Below, piece by piece: positions 55,772-64,000 of a stretch of DNA of 64,000 nt (within the stretch, counting starts at the first letter, position 1; every line of letters begins with the position of its first letter). Origin of the DNA: Actinomycetota bacterium (lineage in GTDB: Bacteria > Actinomycetota > CADDZG01 > JAHWKV01); assembly GCA_030447305.1 (NCBI GenBank), contig JAUJPC010000003.1, forward strand, positions 268,738-332,737. Reading direction: 5' to 3'. The notes beneath the pieces are model-generated. The model worked only from the letters and a program-made list of their open reading frames with translations. It had not been told where the DNA came from and made no database searches. The translations under genes were made by a program, and so were the position numbers.

Positions 55772-56149
55772 ATGGCGCGGATTGCCGGTGTCGATCTCCC
55801 CCGCGAGAAGCGGCTTGAGGTTGGCCTCACCTACATTTTCGGAGTCGGTCCCACCCGCGCCCAAGCCGTCGTCAAGGGCACCATGGTCGACGGCGACAAG
55901 CGAGTCAGGGATCTGACGGACGACGAGATCATGCGCCTTCGTGGCTACATCGAAGGCAACTTCCAGGTAGAGGGTGACCTGCGCCGGGAAGTTGCTCAGA
56001 ACATCAAGCGCAAGGTCGAGATCGGCTGCTACCAGGGGATCCGGCATCGCAGGAGCCTCCCGGTCCACGGTCAGCGGACCCACACCAATGGTCGCACCCG
56101 CAAAGGTCCCAAGAAGACCGTCGGCGTGAAGCGCAAGAAAGGTAAGTAA
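55772..56149 (+). CDS. rpsM: 30S ribosomal protein S13
   Basis: [26 protein letters not shown]…. Confidence 0.97.
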   Translation: MARIAGVDLPREKRLEVGLTYIFGVGPTRAQAVVKGTMVDGDKRVRDLTDDEIMRLRGYIEGNFQVEGDLRREVAQNIKRKVEIGCYQGIRHRRSLPVHGQRTHTNGRTRKGPKKTVGVKRKKGK

Positions 56150-56152
56150 GGC

Positions 56153-56539
56153 GTGGCCAAACCGAAGAAGCCGAAGCGCAAGGAAAAAAAGAACGTCCCC
56201 CACGGGCAGGCTCACATCAAGTCTTCCTTCAACAACACAATCGTTTGCATCACCGACCTCGCCGGCAACGCCCTGTCGTGGGCCTCGGCGGGCAACGTCG
56301 GCTTCAAGGGCTCCCGCAAGTCCACTCCGTTTGCCGCCCAGCTGGCCGCCGAGGCCGCCAGCAAGCGGGCACAGGAGCACGGCGTTCGCAAAGTCGACGT
56401 TTTCGTGAAGGGCCCCGGCTCCGGGCGGGAGACGGCCATCCGTTCCCTGCAGGCGTCGGGTCTGGAGATTTTGGGAATCATGGACGCCACGCCGGTTCCC
56501 CATAACGGTTGCCGCCCCGTCAAGCGGCGGAGGGTATGA
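56153..56539 (+). CDS. rpsK: 30S ribosomal protein S11
   Basis: 128 aa; …[36 protein letters not shown]…. Confidence 0.97.
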   Translation: MAKPKKPKRKEKKNVPHGQAHIKSSFNNTIVCITDLAGNALSWASAGNVGFKGSRKSTPFAAQLAAEAASKRAQEHGVRKVDVFVKGPGSGRETAIRSLQASGLEILGIMDATPVPHNGCRPVKRRRV

Positions 56540-56543
56540 AGTT

Positions 56544-56604
56544 GAGCGAAGCGAATCCAAGCCTTGCCTTTTCCGGTCCGCAGCGACCGAAGGGAGCGTA
56601 GGCC
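56544..56604 (+). repeat. copy 3 of the conserved leader element, upstream of rpsD
   Basis: GAGCGAAGCGAATCCAAGCCTTGCCTTTTCCGGTCCGCAGCGACCGAAGGGAGCGTAGGCC-GTG; contains small hairpin CGGTC-cgcag-cGACCG. Confidence 0.6.
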
Positions 56605-57231
56605 GTGGCGAATCAACCGAATCCTGTCTGCCGGCTTTGCCGCCGGGAGCGCATCAAGCTCTATCTAAAGGGAACCCGCTGCGACTCCCCGAAGTGCGCC
56701 ATCGAGCGCCGTCCTTACCCTCCCGGTGAGCACGGTCGCGGCCGCATCAAGGAGAGCGAGTACCTGCTCCAGCTGCGCGAGAAGCAGAAGGCTCGCCGCA
56801 TCTACGGAGTCCGCGAAAAGCAGTTCCGCCTGTACTACGACAAGGCGTCTCGCTCCAAGGGAGTCACCGGCGCCAGGCTGCTCCAGCTTCTGGAGACGCG
56901 GCTGGACAACGTCATCTACCGGGGCGGACTGGCCATGAGTCGTGCCCAGGCCCGCCAGTTCGTCGGCCACGGCCACTTCCAGGTGGACGGCAAGAAGGTG
57001 GACATCCCCTCCTATCAGGTAAAACCCGGCTCCAAGGTGGAGGTCAGGCCCCGCTCGCGCAGCGTCGACCGCATAGTCGAAGCCGCCGCCTACGCCGCGG
57101 GACGGACCATCCCCGACTGGCTGATCCTCGAAGCCGGTGAGCTTCGCATCACAGTTTCGGCCGAGCCGGCCCGCGAGATGATCGACGTTCCGGTCCAGGA
57201 ACAGATGATCGTCGAGCTCTACTCGAAGTAA
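56605..57231 (+). CDS. rpsD: 30S ribosomal protein S4
   Basis: GTG start; N-terminal Cys4 (CRLCRRER…CDSPKC) and S4 domain. Confidence 0.95.
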   Translation: MANQPNPVCRLCRRERIKLYLKGTRCDSPKCAIERRPYPPGEHGRGRIKESEYLLQLREKQKARRIYGVREKQFRLYYDKASRSKGVTGARLLQLLETRLDNVIYRGGLAMSRAQARQFVGHGHFQVDGKKVDIPSYQVKPGSKVEVRPRSRSVDRIVEAAAYAAGRTIPDWLILEAGELRITVSAEPAREMIDVPVQEQMIVELYSK

Positions 57232-57249
57232 GCCCCAGGAAGGACATTC

Positions 57250-58206
57250 ATGGAATCCAACATGCTTGTGGTCCATCGCCCCCAGATCAGCTTCGATACT
57301 CAAGAGGACGGAAACTTCGCCCGGGTCAGCATCGAGCCGCTGGAGCCGGGCTTTGGTTACACACTCGGCAACTCGCTTCGGCGCACGCTGATCTCCTCCA
57401 TCCCCGGAGCAGCCGTCACCGCCATCAAGATCCAGGGGGTGCAGCACGAGTTCTCGACCATTCCGGGTGTAAAGGAAGACGTCACCGACATCATCCTGAA
57501 CATCAAGCAGCTGGTGCTGCGCTCCGAGTCCCAGGAGAGCGTGATCATCCGGCTGAACGTGAATGGTCCGCAGGACGTCACTGCTGCCGACATCGAGGTG
57601 CCGGCCGGGATTGAGATCCTGAACCCGGATCTTCACCTCTGCACCATCAACAAGCGGGCACGCCTCGAGATCGAGATGACCGTTGAGATCGGCCGCGGCT
57701 ACGTCTCCTCCGAGCGCAACAAGCCGGCGGGCGCTCCCATCGGCCTGGTACCGATCGACTCCATCTTCTCGCCGGTCCGGCGGGTCACCTACGCGGTGGA
57801 GCCCACCCGTGTGGAGCAGAAAACCGACTACGACCGGCTGATCGTCGACATCGAGACCAATGGCGGCCTGACCGCTAAGGAAGCGCTGTCGGCCGCAGGG
57901 CGTACTTTGGTGGAGTTGTTCCAGCTCTTCGCCGAGCTCGCCGAGGGCCCGGGGCTGTTGCTTGGTCCGGAACCCGGGACCGAGGGCGAGGGCACGGACC
58001 TGGCACTGCCCATCGAGGAGATGGACTTCTCCGTCCGCTCCTACAACTGCCTGAAGCGTGAGGGTGTCACCACCATCGGCCAGCTGGTGGAGAAGTCGGA
58101 GCAGGACCTGCTGGACATCCGCAACTTCGGCCAGAAGTCCATCGACGAGGTCAAGCAAAAGCTTGCCGAGCTGGGACTGGGCCTGAAGCAGCGGAGTCTG
58201 AGCTAG
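57250..58206 (+). CDS. rpoA: DNA-directed RNA polymerase alpha subunit
   Basis: 318 aa; NTD and CTD (…[41 protein letters not shown]…). Alternative ATG start at 57262. Confidence 0.95.
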   Translation: MESNMLVVHRPQISFDTQEDGNFARVSIEPLEPGFGYTLGNSLRRTLISSIPGAAVTAIKIQGVQHEFSTIPGVKEDVTDIILNIKQLVLRSESQESVIIRLNVNGPQDVTAADIEVPAGIEILNPDLHLCTINKRARLEIEMTVEIGRGYVSSERNKPAGAPIGLVPIDSIFSPVRRVTYAVEPTRVEQKTDYDRLIVDIETNGGLTAKEALSAAGRTLVELFQLFAELAEGPGLLLGPEPGTEGEGTDLALPIEEMDFSVRSYNCLKREGVTTIGQLVEKSEQDLLDIRNFGQKSIDEVKQKLAELGLGLKQRSLS

Positions 58207-58255
58207 TGGGCAGTAACTCTCTCGGTCTAGGGCGGACCTTGCTGGAGGCGCGCTA

Positions 58256-58828
58256 GTGCCGAAGCCGACCAAAGGGCCGCGTCTGGCCTCCGGGCCAAGC
58301 CACCAAAAGCACCTCATACGGGGCCTGGTCGCCTCGCTGATCACCGAGGAGCGCATCCGTACCTCCGAGGCCAAGGCGAAGCTGGTGCGGCCGTACGCCG
58401 ACAAGCTGGTCACTCTCGGGAAGACCGACACCCTGCACTCTCGTCGCCAGGCCCTGAGGTGGATAGAGGACGACGACATCGTCCACAAGCTGTTTGCAGA
58501 GGTGGCGCCCCGGTTCCACGACCGCAACGGCGGGTACACACGGATCCTCAAGCTCGGCCCCCGCAAAGGTGACGCGGCGCCCATGGCGATCCTGGAGTTC
58601 GTCGAAGAGACCGCGGCATCTCCCAAGGAGACCGAGGCAGCCCGCAAGCGCCGCTTGGGTCGCCGCAAGGCGGAGTCCGCTTCGGAAGAGGCAAAACCCA
58701 AGTCTCGTGGCCGCAGGACCAAGGATGAGGAGGCCGAGTCGCCCGCTGAGGTTGACGAGCCGGCCGCCGAGTCCACGCCGGCGGACGAGATCTCCACCGA
58801 GACCGCCGAGAACAAGGAGAACGGGTAG
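58256..58828 (+). CDS. rplQ: 50S ribosomal protein L17 with acidic/basic C-terminal extension
   Basis: L17 core to ~residue 120, then a ~70-aa tail. Confidence 0.93.
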   Translation: MPKPTKGPRLASGPSHQKHLIRGLVASLITEERIRTSEAKAKLVRPYADKLVTLGKTDTLHSRRQALRWIEDDDIVHKLFAEVAPRFHDRNGGYTRILKLGPRKGDAAPMAILEFVEETAASPKETEAARKRRLGRRKAESASEEAKPKSRGRRTKDEEAESPAEVDEPAAESTPADEISTETAENKENG

Positions 58829-58848
58829 GCCTAAGGGCCTGAGCTCTT

Positions 58849-59598
58849 GTGATGGCTACGTACAGAATGGTGGTTGCCTACGACGGCGCGCCGTTCCATG
58901 GCTTCGCCCGTCAGCCTGACGTGGAGACGGTTCAGGGGACTATCGAGACCGCTCTACGAAAGGTTCTCGGCGCTCCCGTCGTGACCTCTGCCGCAGGCCG
59001 TACCGATGCCGGTGTCCACGCATTGGGGCAGGTCATGTCCTTCAACTCCGACGGCGGTCTGGATCCCGACAGCCTGATGCTGCGGCTGAACTCCATGTGC
59101 GGTCCGGTGATTGCAATTCTGGCCGTCGAAGAGGCACCGGCAGGATTCGATGCCCGATTCTCTGCCTCTGCCCGTACGTACGAATACGGCATCTTCACCC
59201 GCCAAGTGCCGGATCCCTTCGCCCGGCACACCACCTGGCACTTTCCGTATCCGCTGGACCGGGAGTTGATGGCCAAGGCGGCGTCCTCAATGCTGGGCGA
59301 GCACGCTTTTGACTCCTTTGGCCGGGTGGAGGAGGGGCGCAGCCCAGTTCGCCGGGTGGAATCCATCGAGATCGAGCACGACGGCGATCTGACCACCATT
59401 CGCATAACCGCCGACTCCTTCATTCAGCAGATGGTCCGCTCGATTGTCGGGACGCTGGTGCAGGTGGGGACCGGCAAGACTCCCCCCGACGAGATGGACC
59501 GCATCCTGCATGCCCGTGATCGGGCTCGAGCGGGACCGGTGGCACCGCCGCACGGACTGTTCCTCGTCTCGGTGGAGTACCCGGAAGAACTCGTGTGA
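58849..59598 (+). CDS. truA: tRNA pseudouridine(38-40) synthase TruA
   Basis: …YDGAPFHGFARQPDVETVQG…GRTDAGVHALGQV… (catalytic Asp motif). Confidence 0.93.
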   Translation: MMATYRMVVAYDGAPFHGFARQPDVETVQGTIETALRKVLGAPVVTSAAGRTDAGVHALGQVMSFNSDGGLDPDSLMLRLNSMCGPVIAILAVEEAPAGFDARFSASARTYEYGIFTRQVPDPFARHTTWHFPYPLDRELMAKAASSMLGEHAFDSFGRVEEGRSPVRRVESIEIEHDGDLTTIRITADSFIQQMVRSIVGTLVQVGTGKTPPDEMDRILHARDRARAGPVAPPHGLFLVSVEYPEELV

Positions 59599-59634
59599 GT
59601 GTGCACTGAAACCTTCGACGCTAGGATAGACGAC

Positions 59635-60105
59635 ATGCAAAAGACGACCCAGTCGATCAAGAAGTCACAGATAGAGCGCGCCTGGTGGGTGGTGGACGCC
59701 GAGGGCCTGGTGCTCGGACGCCTGGCCGCCCAGGTTGCCCACGTGCTGCGCGGAAAGCACAAGGCCACCTTCACCCCCCATCTCGACAATGGGGACCACG
59801 TGGTCATCGTCAACGCCGACAAGGTGAAGCTGACCGGCGACAAGATCAACCAAAAGGTCTGGTACCGCCACTCCGGCTACCCGGGAGGCCTCCGGGAGTT
59901 GAAGTACGAGAAGCTAATGGCGCAGCGGCCGGCGCTTGTGGTCGAGAAGGCCATCAAGGGCATGCTGCCGAGCAACCGGCTCGGCCGGGCGATGGCGGGA
60001 AAGCTCAACGTTTACGCCGGTGCGGACCATCCGCACGCCGCCCAGAAGCCGCAGCCTCTTAAGCTCCGCAACACCCTGGGTGTACGTTCAGGAGGTAGCG
60101 AATAA
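59635..60105 (+). CDS. rplM: 50S ribosomal protein L13
   Basis: [31 protein letters not shown]…. Confidence 0.95.
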   Translation: MQKTTQSIKKSQIERAWWVVDAEGLVLGRLAAQVAHVLRGKHKATFTPHLDNGDHVVIVNADKVKLTGDKINQKVWYRHSGYPGGLRELKYEKLMAQRPALVVEKAIKGMLPSNRLGRAMAGKLNVYAGADHPHAAQKPQPLKLRNTLGVRSGGSE

Positions 60106-60506
60106 TGGCTGCAGTCAAAGAACTTTCCAGGGCGACTGGACGCCGCAAGGAAGCCATCGCACGGGTGCGCCTGGTTCCGGGTGAGGGCAACTTCGTCATC
60201 AACGGCGGACGCTCGCTTCCCGACTACTTCCCTAACCTCGCGGTGCGGCGAGTGATCCTGGAGCCACTCGAGATCCTGGAGCTGACCAAGAACTACGACA
60301 TTGTCGCCACCATAGAAGGCGGCGGAGTCAACGGCCAGGCCGGGGCGCTGCGCCACGGGATCGCCCGGGCACTGGTGGCTCTGGACCCCGAACTGCGGCC
60401 GACCCTCAAAAAGGCCGGCTTCCTCACCCGCGACGCGCGAATCATAGAGCGCAAGAAGTACGGACTCAAGAAGGCCCGCAAGGCTCCGCAGTACTCCAAG
60501 CGCTAG
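60105..60506 (+). CDS. rpsI: 30S ribosomal protein S9
   Basis: 133 aa; C-terminal …[18 protein letters not shown]. Confidence 0.97.
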   Translation: MAAVKELSRATGRRKEAIARVRLVPGEGNFVINGGRSLPDYFPNLAVRRVILEPLEILELTKNYDIVATIEGGGVNGQAGALRHGIARALVALDPELRPTLKKAGFLTRDARIIERKKYGLKKARKAPQYSKR

Positions 60507-60520
60507 GCACGCCAGCTTCG

Positions 60521-60553
60521 AAAAAGGCCGGGGGTAACCCCCGGCCTTTTTCT
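60521..60553 (+). terminator. rho-independent terminator after rpsI (AAAAAGGCCGGGGG-TAA-CCCCCGGCCTTTTT)
   Basis: Perfect 9-bp G/C stem flanked by A5 and T5 (bidirectional-capable). Confidence 0.8.
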
Positions 60554-60601
60554 ATGTACGCCCATGACCTACTATGTGAGGACTTGTCACCTAAAGTGGT
60601 A

Positions 60602-61558
60602 ATGCCTCTTCACCAACCGCCGGTGTTCCAACTGTTTCGGCAACTGCGGCGCGCCTTCGTACCGCTGGCGGTGCTCGTGCTGGTTGCAACCGCCACCCCC
60701 GCGGCGGCCCGAAACCAGACGAGCGGTTTCAGCCGGGATGAGTTGACAGCTGCAGCGGGCAGTGGTCCCGATCCGGGAACCCGGGACCCCGCCGCTCGGC
60801 TGAAGTGGGCAGTGGAGACTGCAATTCCAACACAGTGGCGAGAGACGGTGAGGGTGGTCTGGACCGTTGGCGATGTCGGTAGCGGTCACCTGGCGCTGTC
60901 CTACCTTGACGGCCGAACCGTTCTTTCACCGCGGGTCATGTCCCGTTCGGCGGAGGAGGTGCTCTTTACGGTGGCGCATGAGATGGGTCACCAGATCGCA
61001 TTTGCGCTCGTTAGTCCGGTAACCGGTATGCCCCCGCAGGGATTTATTGAAATCGCTCCGCCCTACGCCGATGTGCGTGAGGGCTGGGCCGATTGTGTCG
61101 CCCGGGCCTGGACCGGTTCAAGCCTGTATACCCTCAGCGAAGCAGGCCCCTGCAACACCAAGTTGGCGGTGTATGTGGCGGGGCTTGTGGCCGATCCGGC
61201 CACACTGGGTGCCACGGTCCGGATCGCACCGCCACCGATCCGGGTGGCACCGCCACCGATCCGGGTGGCACCTCCGTCACCCGCGCCCTCGGAGCCGGTC
61301 CCTGAGCCTCCTCCCACCGGCGCCACCATTCAGCCGGAGACGGCGCCTCGTCGAACTGAGGCCAGGCCGGCCGCTCAGGCTCCGACCCCCTCCGGATCCG
61401 ACGGACTGGCCCTTGCACTGGGGCTGATTCCTGTGCCCTTCTTAGTCTGCGCCGCAGGCTACTGGTTGGTAAGTAGACGGAACCCGCGCCTGCTCGCATG
61501 GGCTGCCGCCACGCCGCAAGTCAAGCAGAGCCACCGCCGGGGCCAGAGCCGGGGCTAA
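60602..61558 (+). CDS. exported, C-terminally membrane-anchored putative zinc metallopeptidase (HExxH) with Pro-rich repeat linker
   Basis: Signal peptide (RQLRRAFVPLAVLVLVATATPAAA); VAHEMGHQIAF; Pro-rich region with 2x21-bp DNA repeat (61226-61267) encoding RIAPPPIRVAPPPIRVAPP; C-terminal TM helix plus basic tail. Confidence 0.6.
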   Translation: MPLHQPPVFQLFRQLRRAFVPLAVLVLVATATPAAARNQTSGFSRDELTAAAGSGPDPGTRDPAARLKWAVETAIPTQWRETVRVVWTVGDVGSGHLALSYLDGRTVLSPRVMSRSAEEVLFTVAHEMGHQIAFALVSPVTGMPPQGFIEIAPPYADVREGWADCVARAWTGSSLYTLSEAGPCNTKLAVYVAGLVADPATLGATVRIAPPPIRVAPPPIRVAPPSPAPSEPVPEPPPTGATIQPETAPRRTEARPAAQAPTPSGSDGLALALGLIPVPFLVCAAGYWLVSRRNPRLLAWAAATPQVKQSHRRGQSRG

Positions 61559-61569
61559 GATCGAGGACA

Positions 61570-62895
61570 ATGGGCAAACTTTTCGGCACCGACGGCGTCC
61601 GGGGCGTCGCAAACTCTCAGCTAACCGCCGAGCTGGCACTACAGCTTGGGCGTGCCGCTTCCCGCGTGCTTGCGGCCGACCAGTCCGGGCCCAGGATTGT
61701 GGTCGGCCGGGACACCCGTGCCTCCGGACCGATGATCCAGTCTGCCCTCGCTGCCGGCATCATGTCGGCCGGAGCGGACGCGGTGGACGCCGGCATCCTG
61801 CCTACTCCGGGGGTGGCCTTCCTGGTCACCCTTCTGGGAGCGTCGGCTGGGGCCGTCATATCGGCTTCACACAACCCGTACCACGACAACGGGATCAAAT
61901 TCTTCGGTGGGGACGGCTTCAAGCTGGGCGATGACCAGGAAGCCGGTATCGAGCAGCTTGTCTCTGCTAAGTTCTCCGGCGGCCATCCCGGCACCTTGGG
62001 GTTTCTGGAGGACTCCGCACGGCTGTATGTCGACAATGCCCTCGTGGCGCTGGAGGGTCGCAGCCTCGACGGCATGAGGATAGTCCTGGACTGCGCCCAC
62101 GGCGCGGCGTATCGCACGAGCCCCGAAGCGTTCCGCCGGGCGGGAGCCGAGGTAACCGTCCTGAACGCCGAGCCCGACGGCGTCAACATCAACGCAGCGT
62201 GCGGCTCGCAGTACCTCGACGGGGTGGCGGAGGCGGTTCGGCAGGCCGGTGCTCATCTGGGGCTCGCCCACGACGGCGACGCCGATCGGGTTATCGCCGT
62301 GGATGAACAGGGGCAGGTCATCGACGGGGACGGCCTCATCGCCGCTCTGGCCATCGAGCTGAAGGAGGCGGGCAAGCTGACCGGCAACCTGGTGGTTTCC
62401 ACGGTGATGGCGAATCTGGGGTTCCGGCAGGCGATGGCCCGGGCCGGAATCCGCCTGGCCGAGACGCCGGTGGGGGACCGCTACGTGCTGGAGCAGATGC
62501 GGCAGGAAGGAGCGGCCATCGGGGGTGAGCAGTCGGGGCACGTGATCTTCTCCGGCTTCTCGACAACGGGTGACGGGCTGATCACCGGGCTTCGGATTGC
62601 AGGCCTCATGGCTTCCTCCGGCCGAAAGCTTTCGGACCTGGCGGCTGTGGTGGAGAAGTTTCCGCAGGTCTTGCTCAACGTCAGAGTGGCGGACGCCCGA
62701 AGGGCCGCCTCTTCTCACGTCCTGGGAGAGGCGGTCCAGGAGGCCCAGAGGGCCCTGGGAACCGTGGGGAGAGTCCTGGTCAGGCCTTCCGGAACCGAGC
62801 CCCTGGTACGCGTGATGGTGGAGGCTCAGGACCTTCCGACGGCGAACTCCGTGGCCGAGCACCTGGCCGGGTTGATCAGCGAACAAGCCGTTTGA
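61570..62895 (+). CDS. glmM: phosphoglucosamine mutase
   Basis: MGKLFGTDGVRGVAN…; active-site SASHNPYHDNGIKFF; Mg-binding DGDADR. Confidence 0.95.
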   Translation: MGKLFGTDGVRGVANSQLTAELALQLGRAASRVLAADQSGPRIVVGRDTRASGPMIQSALAAGIMSAGADAVDAGILPTPGVAFLVTLLGASAGAVISASHNPYHDNGIKFFGGDGFKLGDDQEAGIEQLVSAKFSGGHPGTLGFLEDSARLYVDNALVALEGRSLDGMRIVLDCAHGAAYRTSPEAFRRAGAEVTVLNAEPDGVNINAACGSQYLDGVAEAVRQAGAHLGLAHDGDADRVIAVDEQGQVIDGDGLIAALAIELKEAGKLTGNLVVSTVMANLGFRQAMARAGIRLAETPVGDRYVLEQMRQEGAAIGGEQSGHVIFSGFSTTGDGLITGLRIAGLMASSGRKLSDLAAVVEKFPQVLLNVRVADARRAASSHVLGEAVQEAQRALGTVGRVLVRPSGTEPLVRVMVEAQDLPTANSVAEHLAGLISEQAV

Positions 62896-62952
62896 TGCCG
62901 AAGGCATGGCAGACGCTGGGTCGAGAGTGCAGTGGCGTCTGACTTTCGACAG

Positions 62953-64000
62953 TGGTAGCGGCTCCTCCCGCCAATCCTTTCATCCCCCTCGTTCCGTTTT
63001 CGGACGCGAAAAGGAACAATGGCGCTGCAATAGGATGCTTAGACCACGGCATCACCCCACCAGGTCCTCCAGGCTTGCGGATCTTTGGCAAGCACTCTCA
63101 ATGCCAGCAGGTTGTTGGCGCCGGCTCTGGACCATGAGCGCATGCCCTGGCGCTTGAACCTTCGGGCCACCACCAGGTCGACCGAGTGCTCAATCACCCC
63201 CGATCCACGGGGGCCCATCTGGGGGAGTGTCCGGCTTCCCGCAAACGCAGGTAGGTCTGCAGGGCGGCCGCTCCCCGGCGGAAGTACCCCATCAGGTTCC
63301 TCCCAGCCTCGGGGTCGATCAGACCGTTGGTGAGGCAGTGTCGAAGGCTTGTGCCCAAAGCATCGAGGTTGTTCTCGGCCACCCAACTCCACCAGCGTGC
63401 TGCCCGCTCGGGATCTCTGGCGACCTCGGTGATCTTCTGCTTGCCGTGGAAGTGATCCAGTTGCCAGGCGGTCGGGGCTACCCAGTCCGGAGCTATCTGC
63501 CCGCACCAGCCGGCACCGTCGGAGACCATGAACACTCCTTGGCCTTTGAGATGCCGCCTCCTTGTCGACCTTGTGAGCGAAGTAGCCCGCCGTGGATGGG
63601 CTGCAGTCTCGACTCGAGATGGGCGCGGTCCAAAGCCGAGTTTGACCTCCACCGGTCCACCTGGTGCGGATGAAGGTCACACCGCGGTGGCGACGATTGC
63701 CGGTGCTTTGCCCTCCAGCAGCTCTCATCTTGAAACAACCGGTCCCGCTGCTCAGACCATGAACCCAAAAGATGGGCGCCCGGTGCACCCAACCCCAGAC
63801 CCTGCGGAGTTTGACGATCTTCACCGGTCCATCCCTGGTGCTCTTACCCAAGGGGAGCATGGGTGAAGGTTCCTTGTCCAACGCCACACCCGGAGACGAT
63901 GGTCTGCCAGCGGTGAAATCGCAGCTCTCCAAACCGGCAAACCAGATAACGCCGCCGGCGTCGCTGACGAACCTGCCTACCGTCGGCCAGCAGCTGATGC
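62953..64000 (-). pseudogene. transposase remnant spread over at least two reading frames; continues beyond window end (possibly ISLre2/UPF0236-like, uncertain)
   Basis: Minus-strand ORFs 63039..63932 (…RFKRQGMRSWSRAGANNLLALRVLAKDPQAWRTWW) and 63194..63652 (…VSDGAGWCGQIAPDW…LDHFHGKQKI…) look like C-terminal/central transposase segments in different frames. Confidence 0.4.

Overview
This 64-kb, high-GC (~65%) window is the ribosomal-protein/RNA-polymerase 'super-operon' region of what looks like an Actinomycetota-type genome. The gene order is nusG'-rplK-rplA ... rplJ-rplL ... rpoB-rpoC ... rpsL-rpsG-fusA-rpsJ-rplC...rplO-secY-adk-map ... infA-rpmJ-rpsM-rpsK-rpsD-rpoA-rplQ-truA-rplM-rpsI-glmM. 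Ribosomal proteins S5, L22, S3, L29 and L17 carry Actinobacteria-like low-complexity extensions. No rRNA, tRNA or CRISPR was found.

The conserved backbone is interrupted by accessory insertions in three variable slots.

(1) Between rplA and rplJ there is a partner-switching module and a decayed mobile/toxin-antitoxin islet. The module has an RsbW-like anti-sigma Ser kinase, an unknown 155-aa partner, a PAS-PP2C phosphatase that is frame-disrupted, and a STAS antagonist; there is no sigma factor. The islet has a resolvase fragment, a BrnT/BrnA pair, and a truncated IS3 orfA with a candidate left inverted repeat.

(2) An ornithine-cyclodeaminase-family gene sits between rplL and rpoB.

(3) A ~20.7-kb island lies between rpoC and rpsL. 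It holds VapBC, a TPR membrane protein, a secreted Gly/Ser-rich tandem-repeat protein, a MarR regulator with a perfect operator palindrome plus a ZIP-like transporter, and a cell-envelope glycan locus. The glycan locus comprises a WecA-type transferase fused to DUF4012, a HepT/MNT toxin-antitoxin pair, a WbaP-type priming sugar transferase preceded by tandem hairpin repeats, a Wzx flippase, a GT2-GT2-Zn-ribbon-methyltransferase fusion, a TylF-like O-methyltransferase, a Wzy-like protein, GT2 and GT4 glycosyltransferases, and a frame-disrupted wecA paralog.

Other notable points:
- tuf is absent between fusA and rpsJ.
- A ~65-nt conserved leader element recurs upstream of rplC, rpsM and rpsD.
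- rpoC and several accessory genes carry apparent 1-nt frameshifts at homopolymers. These are most simply explained by assembly indel errors, so all pseudogene calls here are tentative.
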